Shown: piece by piece, positions 40,575 to 50,702 of the stretch
Position numbering within the stretch: position 1 is the first letter of the stretch
Layout of the letters: the number at the start of each line of letters is the position of its first letter
DNA from: Candidatus Hydrogenedentota bacterium
Lineage (GTDB): Bacteria > Hydrogenedentota > Hydrogenedentia > Hydrogenedentales > SLHB01
Direction: 5' to 3'
Assembly (NCBI GenBank): GCA_045863295.1
Contig: BTWA01000030.1
Coordinates: 9,914-73,913 of the forward strand
Length of the DNA stretch: 64,000 nt
Made by a program: the position numbers and the translations under genes
Notes under the pieces: generated by a model
Seen by the model: the letters and a program-made list of their open reading frames with translations, nothing else
What the model was told of the DNA's origin: nothing
Databases searched by the model: none

Positions 40575-40948
40575 ATGCTCCCGCAGGCATGCGCATCGGC
40601 ATCCGGTCCGAAAATCGGAGGGCGGAGGCGGGAGGCCGCGCGGGGGGCTGGTGTCAGGGAATGGTCACCCGTACGTGGGTAACAACCGGCGAAGCCCATG
40701 GCACAAGACCAGCAGTAGAAAGGTCAATTGCCGGATGGGCACAGCCCAGGCCGGTTCCCAAGAGGCATCCGAGAATTGCCGTGTCGCGCATGAGTTGGCA
40801 CTCCGATGATTCCATGCTTAGTTCATCTTGGCGAGAACGTTGCCCGAATCGTAGGGGCTGACGCCTGGTTGATTCGCAAGTCGGACCGGGGCACACTCCA
40901 AAGGCACATTGGACCGCAAATTGAATCAGGGCGAAGCAAGGAGGTCCC

Positions 40949-41539
40949 ATGATGGGTTGGTCACGGTCGCTTGCGGTGGCGGTTGCGCTCGCCTTGCTGT
41001 CTACGTCCGGCTGCTCCAAATCCTTGGAGCCCAGTGGCTCGAACCGCATTCCCGTTCAGTTTTCGGGGGGTTACGAAACCGAACCCGTGGACAAGGGCCG
41101 CCCCGTGAAACTCATCGCCTCGGCGCTGGGCGTTGCGTCGGAGGTGTTTCGTGATGCCTTCAGCCGGGTGAACCCCGCGCCGGCCTTCTCCGTGCCTGGC
41201 CCGGAGCGCGTGCATGACAACAAGGCCGTTCTCATGCAGGCCCTCGGCCCCTACGGCATCACCAACGACCGCCTCGACGAAGTCTCCAACTTCTACCGGT
41301 ACAACCGCAGCCTCGGCCAGATGTGGCGCCATGAAGACGCCGAGGCCTACGCCATCGTGCAGGATGGAGCGCTCGACCACATCGAAATGGCCAACCCCGG
41401 TTACGGCTACAACACCACTCCCACCGCCACCGTGCCCGGCTACGAGACCACGGCTCTCATCGTCGAAATGGCCTACGGCCCCGATTTCGACACCAACGGA
41501 TCGGTGGCAAGCATCAAAGTGCAGTTTAGCGCACCGTAA
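40949..41539 (+). CDS. Hypothetical lipoprotein
   Basis: AGGAGG RBS; signal peptide with lipobox LLSTSG-C; strongly GC3-biased codons. Confidence 0.75.
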   Translation: MMGWSRSLAVAVALALLSTSGCSKSLEPSGSNRIPVQFSGGYETEPVDKGRPVKLIASALGVASEVFRDAFSRVNPAPAFSVPGPERVHDNKAVLMQALGPYGITNDRLDEVSNFYRYNRSLGQMWRHEDAEAYAIVQDGALDHIEMANPGYGYNTTPTATVPGYETTALIVEMAYGPDFDTNGSVASIKVQFSAP

Positions 41540-41578
41540 GCGAGGCCAAGGCGGCGAATGCCAGCCTGCACTCATCCA

Positions 41579-41665
41579 GGCCTGAAAGGCCGCAACACGA
41601 TAGCCCAGGGCATCGCCCTGGGTAGTGGGCATGTAAGATAGCGTTAGCCCTGTAAGGGCGACACA
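41579..41665. repeat. REP-like palindrome cluster
   Basis: GGCCTGAAAGGCC, CCCAGGGCATCGCCCTGGG and GCCCTGTAAGGGC in series. Confidence 0.6.
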
Positions 41666-41777
41666 ACATGCTCCACGCGAGTACACACGCCTTTTGCCCG
41701 CAGTTAATCTGAGCAACGTGTTCCAGCCGCGCCAGATGTCACAAGCCGGCCACGGCATCGATTCAGAGTCTGCGCAA

Positions 41778-41806
41778 TTGACACCTGATACGTTACAGGT
41801 TACAAT
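41778..41806 (+). promoter_or_regulatory. higBA promoter with palindromic operator in the spacer
   Basis: TTGACA, 17-nt spacer, TACAAT; ACCTG-atacgtta-CAGGT inverted repeat between the boxes. Confidence 0.8.
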
Positions 41807-41811
41807 ATCAT

Positions 41812-42090
41812 GTGATTCGAGGCTTCAAACATAAAGGGCTGCAGCGCTTTTTTGTGGACGGATCCACTGCAGGGATCCAACCGAAAGACGCGAAGCGAAT
41901 ACGGCTGATACTTGCGCGCTTGGCGGCCTCGAACTCACCCAGGGATATGAACCTCCCTGGGCTGCACCTGCATCAACTCACCGGCGGGAGGGAAGGCACT
42001 TGGTCGGTTCGCGTGAGCGGAAATTGGCGCATTACATTCCGCTTCGATGGCGAAGACGCCACGGACGTCAATTATGAGGACTATCACTGA
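41812..42090 (+). CDS. higB: HigB-type (RelE/ParE superfamily) toxin
   Basis: MIRGFKHKGLQRFF...PGLHLHQLTG...WSVRVSGNWRITFRF...VNYEDYH. Confidence 0.9.
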   Translation: MIRGFKHKGLQRFFVDGSTAGIQPKDAKRIRLILARLAASNSPRDMNLPGLHLHQLTGGREGTWSVRVSGNWRITFRFDGEDATDVNYEDYH

Positions 42091-42378
42091 ATGGGCAATC
42101 TGACCATGCACAATCCCCCGCATCCGGGCGAAGTGCTGAAGGATCTGTGCTTGGAGCCGCTGGGCCTCAGCATCACCGCCGCTGCCAAATCCTTGGGAGT
42201 AAGCCGCAAGACCTTGTCCGCAGTGGTCAACGGCCATGCCGGGATCAGTCCCGAGATGGCAATCCGCCTCTCCATGGCCTTCGACACCACGCCGGAAAGC
42301 TGGCTTACTCAGCAGATGCAATACGACCTCTGGCACACAAAACAGCACACAAAACTAAAGGTCAAGCGCATCGCTTAA
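42091..42378 (+). CDS. higA: HigA family antitoxin (HTH-XRE)
   Basis: [11 protein letters not shown]...LGVSRKTLS...[10 protein letters not shown]...ESWL..Q..YDL. Start 42091 or 42106. Confidence 0.92.
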   Translation: MGNLTMHNPPHPGEVLKDLCLEPLGLSITAAAKSLGVSRKTLSAVVNGHAGISPEMAIRLSMAFDTTPESWLTQQMQYDLWHTKQHTKLKVKRIA

Positions 42379-42494
42379 CGCCCGCCAAAGCGCAGCCCCC
42401 GCCCGGGACCCCGGCGGGGTCGTCCTATCACTATTTCGCGGTAGGGTGTACGGCGCCCATCAAAACGCGACCAACGCGGCACCTTTTGCGCTTT

Positions 42495-42622
42495 GCCCGA
42501 AGAGCTTACATACCCACAGCCCAAGGTTGCCCGCCGCAGTGGGCCAACGTGCGACGGAAGCGAGTCTATCCTAGGCTGAGGGTGTCAACCCTCAGCCATT
42601 TTCCCTGAAAGGGCTGCATACC
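42495..42622. repeat. Second, degenerate REP-like palindrome cluster
   Basis: GCCCGAAGAGC, AGCCCAAGGTTGCC, GGCTGAGGGTGTCAACCCTCAGCC and CCCTGAAAGGGC; related to the cluster at 41579. Confidence 0.5.
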
Positions 42623-42650
42623 AAGCCCGATCACCAGCCCGCACACCACC

Positions 42651-42756
42651 AAAAGCAAAGCGGGCCGGGGATTCCCTGGAATCTCCGGCCCGCATTCGTT
42701 TCTTTTTGGAAGGTTCGGAAACCCTTTCTCTTTTCGCAAAGAAAAAGGTTTCCGAA
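42651..42756. terminator. Two hairpins between convergent higA and icd (probably a bidirectional terminator)
   Basis: GCGGGCCGGGGATTCC/GGAATCTCCGGCCCGC with A-rich and T-rich flanks; second stem TTCGGAAACC...GGTTTCCGAA. Confidence 0.65.
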
Positions 42757-42757
42757 A

Positions 42758-44194
42758 TCACGCGCCCTGGTCGAGCGAATAGCCTTTCTTGCCGTCGAAG
42801 GTATAAAGGTGCTCGGTCTTAATAAAATCGAAACCGCTCTTGTCGACGTTGCTCAGCAGTGCGACGACATCGCTGTGTTTCACCGCTGCGCCTTCAAAGC
42901 GGCAGCGCCAGTGTTCGGAAATGAACGTTTCCGGGGCACCGTCGGGCCATACTTTCTGGCCGCGGTTGCTGATGGCGCCGAGTTTCAACGCGTCCGTGCC
43001 GCACTTGGACAGGGCCGCGCCAAGCTCGTCCGGCGATCCCTTGGTCCAATCCAGGAACACGTCCACGCCGACCAATTCCTTCTTGGCGGGGGTGCGCACG
43101 CCGGCGTCGTACTTCTTGTGCTTGCCGGCTTCGCCGTACTTCACGGCGGGCAGCGTGTCGGGCGATTGGCCCGCGCGCTTGCCCACGGCCTCTGCAAATT
43201 CCTTCGTGCCCACCTTCTGCTTGCTCACCTTCTCGTCGAAGATGTCGTAGGTGTGAATGCCTTCCTCTATGGTCTTCAGCCATGCGTTGTGCACGCGCTC
43301 GGCGGCCCGGGGCTGGCCCAGGTGCACCAGCATCATCACCGCGCCCAACAGGAGGCCGCTGGGATTGGCCAAGTTCTGGCCGGCGCGGCGCGGGGCCGAC
43401 CCGTGAATGGCCTCGAACATGGCGTATTCATCGCCCACGTTGGCCGATCCCGCCAGCCCCACGGAACCCGCGATCTGCGCGGCCACGTCGGAAAGGATAT
43501 CACCGTAGAGATTCGGCATGACGACCACATCAAACGCGCCCGGCGTGTCCGCCAGCTTCGCGGCCCCGATGTCCACGATCCAGTGCTCATTCTCGATCTG
43601 CGGGTATTCCTTGGCGATCTCGTCGAACACCTGGTGAAAGAGGCCGTCCGTGAACTTCATGATGTTGTCTTTCGTGAAGCAGGTGACCTTCTTGCGGTTG
43701 TTGGTGACCGCGTATTCAAAGGCGTAGCGCACTATCTTCTCGCAGCCCGGCCGCGTGATGAGCTTGAGGCATTGCATCACGTTTTCGGTCTGGCGGTGTT
43801 CAATGCCCGCATACAGATCTTCCTCGTTCTCACGGACAATGACCACATCCATCTTCGGGTGTTTCGTACGAATGAAGGGCGCGTAGGCCACACAGGGGCG
43901 CACATTCGCATAGAGGCCGAAGGCCTTGCGGGTGGTCACGTTAAGGCTCTTGTACCCGCCGCCCTGGGGCGTGGTGATGGGGGCCTTCAAAAAGACCTTC
44001 GTGCGCCGGAGCGATTCCCACGCCTCCGGCCCGATGCCCGAAGTCAGGCCTTTCAGATACTGCTGTTCGCCGATCTCGATGGTTTCGATGTCCAGTTCCG
44101 CGCCCGCCGCCTCCAGAATGTGCAGCGTCGCATTCATGATCTCCGGCCCGATGCCGTCGCCGTGGGCCACTGTAATGGGAGTCTTACCAGCCAT
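42758..44194 (-). CDS. icd: NADP-dependent isocitrate dehydrogenase (long form with C-terminal extension)
   Basis: ITVAHGDGIGPEI, KAPITTPQGGGYKSLNV, RENEEDLY, NLYGDILSD, FEAIHGSAP. Start at the ATG at 44194. Confidence 0.93.
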   Translation of the reverse strand: MAGKTPITVAHGDGIGPEIMNATLHILEAAGAELDIETIEIGEQQYLKGLTSGIGPEAWESLRRTKVFLKAPITTPQGGGYKSLNVTTRKAFGLYANVRPCVAYAPFIRTKHPKMDVVIVRENEEDLYAGIEHRQTENVMQCLKLITRPGCEKIVRYAFEYAVTNNRKKVTCFTKDNIMKFTDGLFHQVFDEIAKEYPQIENEHWIVDIGAAKLADTPGAFDVVVMPNLYGDILSDVAAQIAGSVGLAGSANVGDEYAMFEAIHGSAPRRAGQNLANPSGLLLGAVMMLVHLGQPRAAERVHNAWLKTIEEGIHTYDIFDEKVSKQKVGTKEFAEAVGKRAGQSPDTLPAVKYGEAGKHKKYDAGVRTPAKKELVGVDVFLDWTKGSPDELGAALSKCGTDALKLGAISNRGQKVWPDGAPETFISEHWRCRFEGAAVKHSDVVALLSNVDKSGFDFIKTEHLYTFDGKKGYSLDQGA

Positions 44195-44381
44195 TGGACA
44201 CACTATCCCTTCTCGCGTTGTTTCCGGGTGTGGAAAAAAGAAAACCGCTCCGGAGTGCCCGCACTCCGGATCCGCCCAAGGCTGCCCCTTCGGCCACGGG
44301 GCCAAGACAGCCGCCAAGTATTTTAGAGAATGACGGCGGCGGGATGCAAAGGTTTTCGGGTGTGCAGCCGTTGAGGTCAGG

Positions 44382-44603
44382 TCAATCCGAGCGGGCGTCC
44401 CATTCCAGTCCAAAACCGACGAACAGGCCCACCAGGAATATGGCTGCGGCCGTGAGCAAGGCAAGGCCGGAGTGGGGAATAATCCAGAAGGCAAACACGG
44501 CAAGGGCAAAAGAGACGAGGAGCGAGACGGTGGCGCGCCAGTGATAGACGGCAAGTGCCCCACTTGCGACGGCGTCGAACACGTTGACGAGCAATCCGAT
44601 CAT
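44382..44603 (-). CDS. Small hypothetical membrane protein
   Basis: Very hydrophobic 73 aa ORF directly downstream of the anti-sigma gene. Confidence 0.55.
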   Translation of the reverse strand: MIGLLVNVFDAVASGALAVYHWRATVSLLVSFALAVFAFWIIPHSGLALLTAAAIFLVGLFVGFGLEWDARSD

Positions 44604-44624
44604 GATGGAAACCCTTCGGGTTTT

Positions 44625-45578
44625 CTAGGGCGCTCCCGGCGCCGCTTCCGCCACGTCCATCGCCATGACATGGCCGTCCATGAAGAGTACGTTGTTCTTT
44701 TTGACCGTACGGGCGTCGATCACGGTGGGAGCGTTGAACACCACAGGGATTTCCGCCCGCGGCGTTGCGCCGGGAACAGTGGTATCGGTGATAAAAAACC
44801 GTTCAATGCTTTGTCTCAAACGCGGGTACACCGCGCCGTCCACGACAAGATCCTGGTCGTATTGTTCAGGCGCGAGACCGGCGATTTGCGTGTGCAGGTC
44901 GTGCGGACCCTTTACAGGGTCGAGCGCCCAGCCTGAATAGGCATAGCTGCGCGCGGCCAATTCGGTGAGTCTCTTCCAATCAATGGGATCCGTCGAGGCG
45001 ACAGATTGCATCTCCGAAAGCACGGCATCGGCATCGGGCAAGCTCGGACTGACCAGCATCGCGAGGTCGGTCAGGTACTTGGGGTACACGGCCTCCAGTT
45101 TGAACATCCACAGGCCACTGTATGGTGTCAGCGGAGGATATAAACCGCGCGGCGCTTCGTTAGCGTACATCTGTAACATCATGGCGAGTTGTTTCATGTT
45201 GCCCTGGTCGGCCGCGCGGCGGGCTGACTCCCGACTGCGGGCAATGGCGGGCACAAGCGCAATGAGAACGACGCACGCCGCAACGGCCGCGCCCGCGTAG
45301 GGCCACCAGCGTTTCCACAGCGGCTTGCGGGGAAAGACCAGCACCTTCTGGTTATCGATAGCGTCCATGACCACTCGGGTCAAGTCGTGCGCCGGGGGTG
45401 TATTCGTCAACACGTCGAGTTGGGCAAGGCGCTGTTGCTCCAGGCTGAGCGCTTCTTTCCATTCCGTCGAGCCGGCCAAGCGCGCCTCGACCACCGACCG
45501 ATCGTCCGGATCAATCGTGTCCAGGCAATACCCGCGCAGCAGTTCGCGCGCGTTTTCGTCGATGGGTCCGCCTGTCAT
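44625..45578 (-). CDS. Putative anti-sigma factor with DUF1559-like / H-X9-DG-like extracytoplasmic domain
   Basis: N-terminus ELLRGYCLDTIDPDDRSVVEARL (anti-sigma-like), one TM, ARSRESARRAADQGNMKQL (DUF1559-like), C-terminal NVLFMDGHV. Overlaps the ECF sigma stop. Confidence 0.7.
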   Translation of the reverse strand: MTGGPIDENARELLRGYCLDTIDPDDRSVVEARLAGSTEWKEALSLEQQRLAQLDVLTNTPPAHDLTRVVMDAIDNQKVLVFPRKPLWKRWWPYAGAAVAACVVLIALVPAIARSRESARRAADQGNMKQLAMMLQMYANEAPRGLYPPLTPYSGLWMFKLEAVYPKYLTDLAMLVSPSLPDADAVLSEMQSVASTDPIDWKRLTELAARSYAYSGWALDPVKGPHDLHTQIAGLAPEQYDQDLVVDGAVYPRLRQSIERFFITDTTVPGATPRAEIPVVFNAPTVIDARTVKKNNVLFMDGHVMAMDVAEAAPGAP

Positions 45579-46192
45579 GGCGTTTCCTTCAAAGCGTCGA
45601 GTAACTCGTGCACCGCCTTGTTCATGCGCGACTTCACGGTGCCCACGGGAATGTCCAGCACCTCCGCGATTTCGCTGTACGGCAATCCTTCGTAGCGGGA
45701 AAGCAGAAACACCGCGCGGTGAATCTCCGACAGCCCCGCCACGGCCTTTTCCAGCCGTTCCACGTTTTCGCGCGAGGCCAACAGCGACGACGGCGAGGGC
45801 AGCGACGCCGCGAGGGTATCCAGCAGGCTTGGGCGTGCGCCGTCTTCGTCGTCCAGCGAAACCTGTGGGCGCCGGCGTTTATGACGCAGGAAGTCGCGGG
45901 CCGTGTTCGTGGCAATTCGGTAGAGCCACGGTTTGAACGGCCGGCCTTCCTGAAACCGGTTCAAATGGGAGTAGACCTTCAAAAATGTCTCCTGAAACAC
46001 GTCTTCGGCGTCTGTGGGGTCGCCCGTCATCCGCCGCAGATAGTTGTACAGCGGCCGTTCATAGCGCTTGACCAACTTTTCAAACGCCCACCGGTCGCCC
46101 TGGCGCGCCTGCGTCACCAGGAACTCGTCACCGGGTTCCGGCGCACCGGCGGCTTTATCAAAATACGTTCCCAACACCGACAAGGTTCGCAC
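45575..46192 (-). CDS. ECF RNA polymerase sigma factor
   Basis: GDRWAFEKLVKRY, DAEDVFQETFLK, FKPWLYRIATN, YSEIAEVLDIPVGTVKSR. Confidence 0.93.
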   Translation of the reverse strand: MRTLSVLGTYFDKAAGAPEPGDEFLVTQARQGDRWAFEKLVKRYERPLYNYLRRMTGDPTDAEDVFQETFLKVYSHLNRFQEGRPFKPWLYRIATNTARDFLRHKRRRPQVSLDDEDGARPSLLDTLAASLPSPSSLLASRENVERLEKAVAGLSEIHRAVFLLSRYEGLPYSEIAEVLDIPVGTVKSRMNKAVHELLDALKETP

Positions 46193-46402
46193 ACTCCGTG
46201 GCAGCTATTACGCCAGTATAGCGCAGAATGGGGGAATGGCGAAGGCGATATTGGAGCGGCTTCCCCTGAAACACGGCCGGAATTCCAGTCAACCTGACTT
46301 TACAGGATCCAGCCTTCATGTTATCATGGTTCATTAGTAGGGTAATTCAACTTCACACGCCTTCTCCATGTCTTCCATCATGGGTCAGGCGGGAGAATCG
46401 AC

Positions 46403-48277
46403 ATGACTACACCCTTGCCAATTTCTTCCTACACCCGGTTGTTCCGGCGGATCTGCCTGCTTTCCTTTCACGTTTGTCTCCCTCCTCTGGCTATCTCCGT
46501 TGCTCAATCCAACGGACAACCCGAGGGGGATCATTCCGTCATTTTCGAAGGCGCGGTGTACATGCCGGACGGATCTCCCGCATCAGGGGCGAAAATCACC
46601 TGCATCAATTCACAACTGCATATGGTCGGTGGCTTCACTTACGATCCACCTGAATACTCCGAAACTGACGCGGACGGTTTCTATTTCATACAAACCCAAT
46701 CGGAGTGGGGCGCGCTGGTGCGCGCGGAAAAAGATGGCCTGTGCGCGATCACGATGCATAATGCGCGAGCGGTCAGCACACCAGCCAATACCCAGTTGGT
46801 GCTTCAGCCTGTGGGATATGTCGCGGGAAGGGTCATGAACGACACGGGCGCTCCAGTCCAGGGGGCGACAATCAAACCTTACATGAACGGATTGGATCAG
46901 GTGGGAAAAGCATACGAAGACTTGTTTGCCACGCAAACGAATGCCGAAGGCCAATTCCGGATTGAAGGTTTGCCGCTGGGTGAATGGAGTTTGTACGTAA
47001 ACGCGAAGGGATTCGAACTCGGACTGGCTGAGAACATTCCAATCAACACCGAAGGTTTTCAGATTGGGTTGAAATCCATACCTACCTTCCGCGCGCGAAT
47101 CATCTCCGCGGACACTGGCGAAACCGTACCCGGCGTGGAACTCGTGGCAAGCACCCCCGGCATTCCTCGTATTCAGGTCGTGAGTACCAGCGACGCGGAT
47201 GGATTCGTATCTTTTGAAAGCCTTCCTGCCGGCGAAGTCACCGTTATGAGCAACTCGGATGATTATGTGCTCGACGACTACAACGGAAAGCTCACGATTC
47301 CGGGTGGTGAAAAGCGAACCGAGCCTGTGGAGTTGCGTGTAAAGAAGGCTGGAACCATTCGAGGTACGCTACGAGAGTACTTTTCCAAGAAGCCTATCGA
47401 AGGTGTGCGCATCGGTCGGCGCAGCCATGTGCGAAGCGCCATGGTTCGCCCCGCATTCACAGGCGCCGAGGGTACCTTTGAACTAAAGGGCGTACCACCC
47501 GGTCAGTGCGGCGTACATACGACGAACGCAGTTCGTGGACTGCTTCCCCTGAATACCGGTTACCAATATGACAATGTTTCCGTTACGGTGGAATCTGGAA
47601 AGACGGTGGAAGGCGTTGAACTTTTTCTCGTTGGCGGAGTAACAATTGAAGGCAAAGTGACAGACCCGTCGGGCAACCCCGTGGCGAATGCTATCGTATA
47701 CGGCCAAGCCGAACCCGAACCGCTTGCGGGAAATCAGCCTCCGGGCCGCAACGACCCACCACATACTTTGACACCGGACTGGGACGACCATGTACGAACA
47801 GATGGGTCCGGGCGGTACACGCTTCTGGGCTGCCCTACGGGCAAAAGGATCTTTGTGCAAGCCATCAGTGCCAAAGCATCGACGAGTGCGCGTATCCCAC
47901 TGGAAATCGAGAGGGATGGATTACACGACGTCGTTTTGATCTTAAGCCTGCCTGTGACTGCCCGCATTACGGGCCGTGCACTGGACAAGGACGGGAAGCC
48001 TGTAAGGGCGGTGATTCGCTACAACATGGAAATACCCGATTACGATCGTGAGACGGAACGGGTCTACGACCAAACGCGTCTGCATTTTGGAATGACCGTG
48101 ACAACTGGCCAGGACGGCGTTTACGTTCTTGGAGGACTCCCTGCGGGGAACTTACAGATCAAAACCGGACTGTACAAAGATTTCCGATCACAGCCGAACG
48201 GCGAGGGACCAAGCATAACTGTCTCCGAAGGGACAGTTGTTAAGAACTATGACTTGGAGATAGCAGAGACCAATTAG
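46403..48277 (+). CDS. Secreted protein with repeated carboxypeptidase-regulatory-like (Cna-B/transthyretin-like) domains
   Basis: Repeated GxVxxxxGxPVxGA...TDxxGxFx(L/I)xGLPxG units, about five to six copies. Confidence 0.8.
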   Translation: MTTPLPISSYTRLFRRICLLSFHVCLPPLAISVAQSNGQPEGDHSVIFEGAVYMPDGSPASGAKITCINSQLHMVGGFTYDPPEYSETDADGFYFIQTQSEWGALVRAEKDGLCAITMHNARAVSTPANTQLVLQPVGYVAGRVMNDTGAPVQGATIKPYMNGLDQVGKAYEDLFATQTNAEGQFRIEGLPLGEWSLYVNAKGFELGLAENIPINTEGFQIGLKSIPTFRARIISADTGETVPGVELVASTPGIPRIQVVSTSDADGFVSFESLPAGEVTVMSNSDDYVLDDYNGKLTIPGGEKRTEPVELRVKKAGTIRGTLREYFSKKPIEGVRIGRRSHVRSAMVRPAFTGAEGTFELKGVPPGQCGVHTTNAVRGLLPLNTGYQYDNVSVTVESGKTVEGVELFLVGGVTIEGKVTDPSGNPVANAIVYGQAEPEPLAGNQPPGRNDPPHTLTPDWDDHVRTDGSGRYTLLGCPTGKRIFVQAISAKASTSARIPLEIERDGLHDVVLILSLPVTARITGRALDKDGKPVRAVIRYNMEIPDYDRETERVYDQTRLHFGMTVTTGQDGVYVLGGLPAGNLQIKTGLYKDFRSQPNGEGPSITVSEGTVVKNYDLEIAETN

Positions 48278-48373
48278 TTTCGGTTGAACGCTTACACAGT
48301 CCTGGATACAGCAATAGCCGTCCGGCTTGACACACTTTTCGAGCCGGACGGCTTTAGAATCTGATGCTTCGCC

Positions 48374-49378
48374 CTACAGCCGTTCCGCAATCTGCACGGC
48401 GTTCAGCGCGGCGCCTTTGAGGATGTTGTCGGAGACGATCCACATGTCCAGTGCGCTGGGATGGGAGACGTCTTCGCGGATTCGGCCCACGAAGGTCTCG
48501 CCTTTGCCGGCGGCATCGCGCGCGAGGGGATACACTTGCTTGGCGGGATCGTCCTGCACGATGACGCCTTCGGCCTTGGACAAGATGTCGCGGGCCTGTT
48601 GGGCGGTGAGTTTCTTTTCCGTTTCCACGTTGACCGATTCGCTATGGCCGGAGAACACCGGAACGCGCACGGTGGTGGCCGTCACGCGAATGGAGTTGTC
48701 GCCCATGATCTTCTTGGTCTCGTTGACCATTTTCATTTCTTCGGAGGTGTAGCCATTGGCCGTGAAAGCGTCACTTTGGGGAATCTGCGGTATGCAGTTA
48801 AACGCGATGGGATGCGGAAACAGGTGGCACTCCGGTTCGCGTCCTTCCAGAATGGCTTGGGCTTGCGCGCGCAACTCGTCGAGCGCCTTGATGCCCGCCC
48901 CGGAAACGGCCTGGTACGTGGATACGACGACGCGCGTGATCTTCGCGGCGTCGTGCAGCGGCTTCAACACGACGACCATCTGGATGGTGGAACAATTGGG
49001 ATTCGCAATGATGCCTTTGTGCTTGGGGATGTCGTGCGCGTTAACTTCCGGCACGACGAGCGGCACTTCCGGGTCCATGCGCCACGCGCTGGAATTGTCG
49101 ATCACCACGCAGCCGTCTTTCGCGGCAAAGGGGGCAAATTTCTTGCTCGTGCCGCCGCCCGCGCTGAAAAGGGCGATCTCAACGCCTTTGAACGACGTCT
49201 CCGACAACACCGAGACGGGAATGTCTTCCCCCTTGAACTTCACGGTCTTGCCCTTGGAGCGTTCCGACGCCAAGGGGATGAGATCCTTGACGGGATAGTT
49301 GCGTTGTTCGAGCATGCGCAGCATTTCGCTGCCGACCAAACCGGTGGCCCCCGCCACCGCGACGACTTTCGCGGACAT
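48374..49378 (-). CDS. asd: Aspartate-semialdehyde dehydrogenase
   Basis: VAGATGLVG, DNSSAWRM, IIANPNCSTIQM, YQAVSGAG, GHSES, DNILKGAALNAVQIAE. Confidence 0.96.
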   Translation of the reverse strand: MSAKVVAVAGATGLVGSEMLRMLEQRNYPVKDLIPLASERSKGKTVKFKGEDIPVSVLSETSFKGVEIALFSAGGGTSKKFAPFAAKDGCVVIDNSSAWRMDPEVPLVVPEVNAHDIPKHKGIIANPNCSTIQMVVVLKPLHDAAKITRVVVSTYQAVSGAGIKALDELRAQAQAILEGREPECHLFPHPIAFNCIPQIPQSDAFTANGYTSEEMKMVNETKKIMGDNSIRVTATTVRVPVFSGHSESVNVETEKKLTAQQARDILSKAEGVIVQDDPAKQVYPLARDAAGKGETFVGRIREDVSHPSALDMWIVSDNILKGAALNAVQIAERL

Positions 49379-49537
49379 GACTACCCTCTTTTCCCTTTCC
49401 GTAACGTTGGAAATGGTCACGTTGCCCCGGGCACTTCGCCCGGACAAACTCCCCTGCTAAAAAAAGCGCACTTATGCGCACGGGTGTCTCATGAAACAAA
49501 AGGCATTCCAGACCCCGGCGTCAGAGACCGTCACCCC

Positions 49538-50044
49538 TCAACTATCTATCAACGCCTTCAAATCCGCGGCGCTGTGGTAACCCATCGCCTTGTGAATCTG
49601 GTCGCCTTTGAAAACCAGCAGCGTCGGGATGGACTGCACGTCGTATGCCGCCGCAAGGGCAGACGCTTTGTCCACATCCACCACGGCAACGACATGGCCT
49701 TCACGGGCCACTTTCTGCACCTCGGGCGCGGTCATCTTGCAAGGCATGCACCACGTGGCATAGAAATCCACCAGCACAGGCTTTCCATCCGCCTTGGCGA
49801 TAAGATCCTGCAACTGCTGCTCGGTTTCGATCGGCACGACTTCCGCGCCCCAGGCAATACTGCTGAATCCGCCCATGTACGCGGTGACGCCGACATAGCC
49901 CAGCACACCGAACAACAGCGCCATGCTCGTCGGGTTCCGCAGAATCGAGGTTCCGTTGGGGTTGCCAATGAAAAACCTTGAAATGACATAACCAAGCGCG
50001 GCGGCTCCGAGTATCACGCCATACCGAATCAATGCTGCTGTCAC
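49538..50044 (-). CDS. Membrane-anchored thioredoxin-domain protein
   Basis: Two N-terminal TMs; VDFYATWCMPCK and SIPTLLVFK. Confidence 0.85.
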   Translation of the reverse strand: MTAALIRYGVILGAAALGYVISRFFIGNPNGTSILRNPTSMALLFGVLGYVGVTAYMGGFSSIAWGAEVVPIETEQQLQDLIAKADGKPVLVDFYATWCMPCKMTAPEVQKVAREGHVVAVVDVDKASALAAAYDVQSIPTLLVFKGDQIHKAMGYHSAADLKALIDS

Positions 50045-50157
50045 GGTTCCATCCTCCGAATTTCACGCCGCGGTCAATGCACACGGCTGCCGGAGATCCA
50101 TTCGCGCCATCCGCCGAACCGTGTGAATGCGCTTCAGTTCGACCGGTCATGAACAAA

Positions 50158-50182
50158 CACCCCCAAACCAGGTTTGGGGGTG
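50158..50182. terminator. Hairpin between trxA and the second thioredoxin gene
   Basis: Near-perfect palindrome CACCCCCAAACC-A-GGTTTGGGGGTG. Confidence 0.5.
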
Positions 50183-50205
50183 CCGCAAAAATCTGTTTTA
50201 TGTCC

Positions 50206-50526
50206 TTACGCCAACACAGTGTCAATCGCGGCGGACAGATCGGTCTTCGAGGTCACGCCGACGAAGCGCTTCTTCACTTCGCCATCCTTGATGACCAACA
50301 GGGTGGGAATGCTGGACACTTCATACCGCATCGCCAGATCCGCTTCGTAGTCGATGTTGACCTTGGCCACACTGGCCTTGCCCGCGTAGTCCTTCGCGAT
50401 CTGATCGAGCGTCGGGTTCATCATCTTGCACGGGCCGCACCACTCCGCCCAAAAATCAACCAGCGTGACGCCGGCGGACACTTTGGAGTCGAAGGATTCC
50501 TTGGTCAATTCTTGCGCTGCACTCAT
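50206..50526 (-). CDS. trxA: Thioredoxin
   Basis: VDFWAEWCGPCKM, SIPTLL; AGGAGG RBS. Confidence 0.95.
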   Translation of the reverse strand: MSAAQELTKESFDSKVSAGVTLVDFWAEWCGPCKMMNPTLDQIAKDYAGKASVAKVNIDYEADLAMRYEVSSIPTLLVIKDGEVKKRFVGVTSKTDLSAAIDTVLA

Positions 50527-50702
50527 TGCGTTAACCTCCTGAGAATCTCATGATGCGATGGGACCGCACTCGAAACCCAGCGCCCATGATAATGAAACAT
50601 CTAATGATAAGAGTTGCCGCCATCCATTTATTCCCCGGAATTCCGGCTGGCGGGCTGCAAGTATAGCGGTTGTCGTCCGTTTGAGGCAAATCCCACTTCG
50701 GG

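Noticed and set aside
40654..40820. Possible sigma54 site (TGGCAC near 40796) or small lipoprotein-like minus-strand ORF
   Set aside because: The -12 TTGC element is missing, and the ORF has no RBS or homology support.
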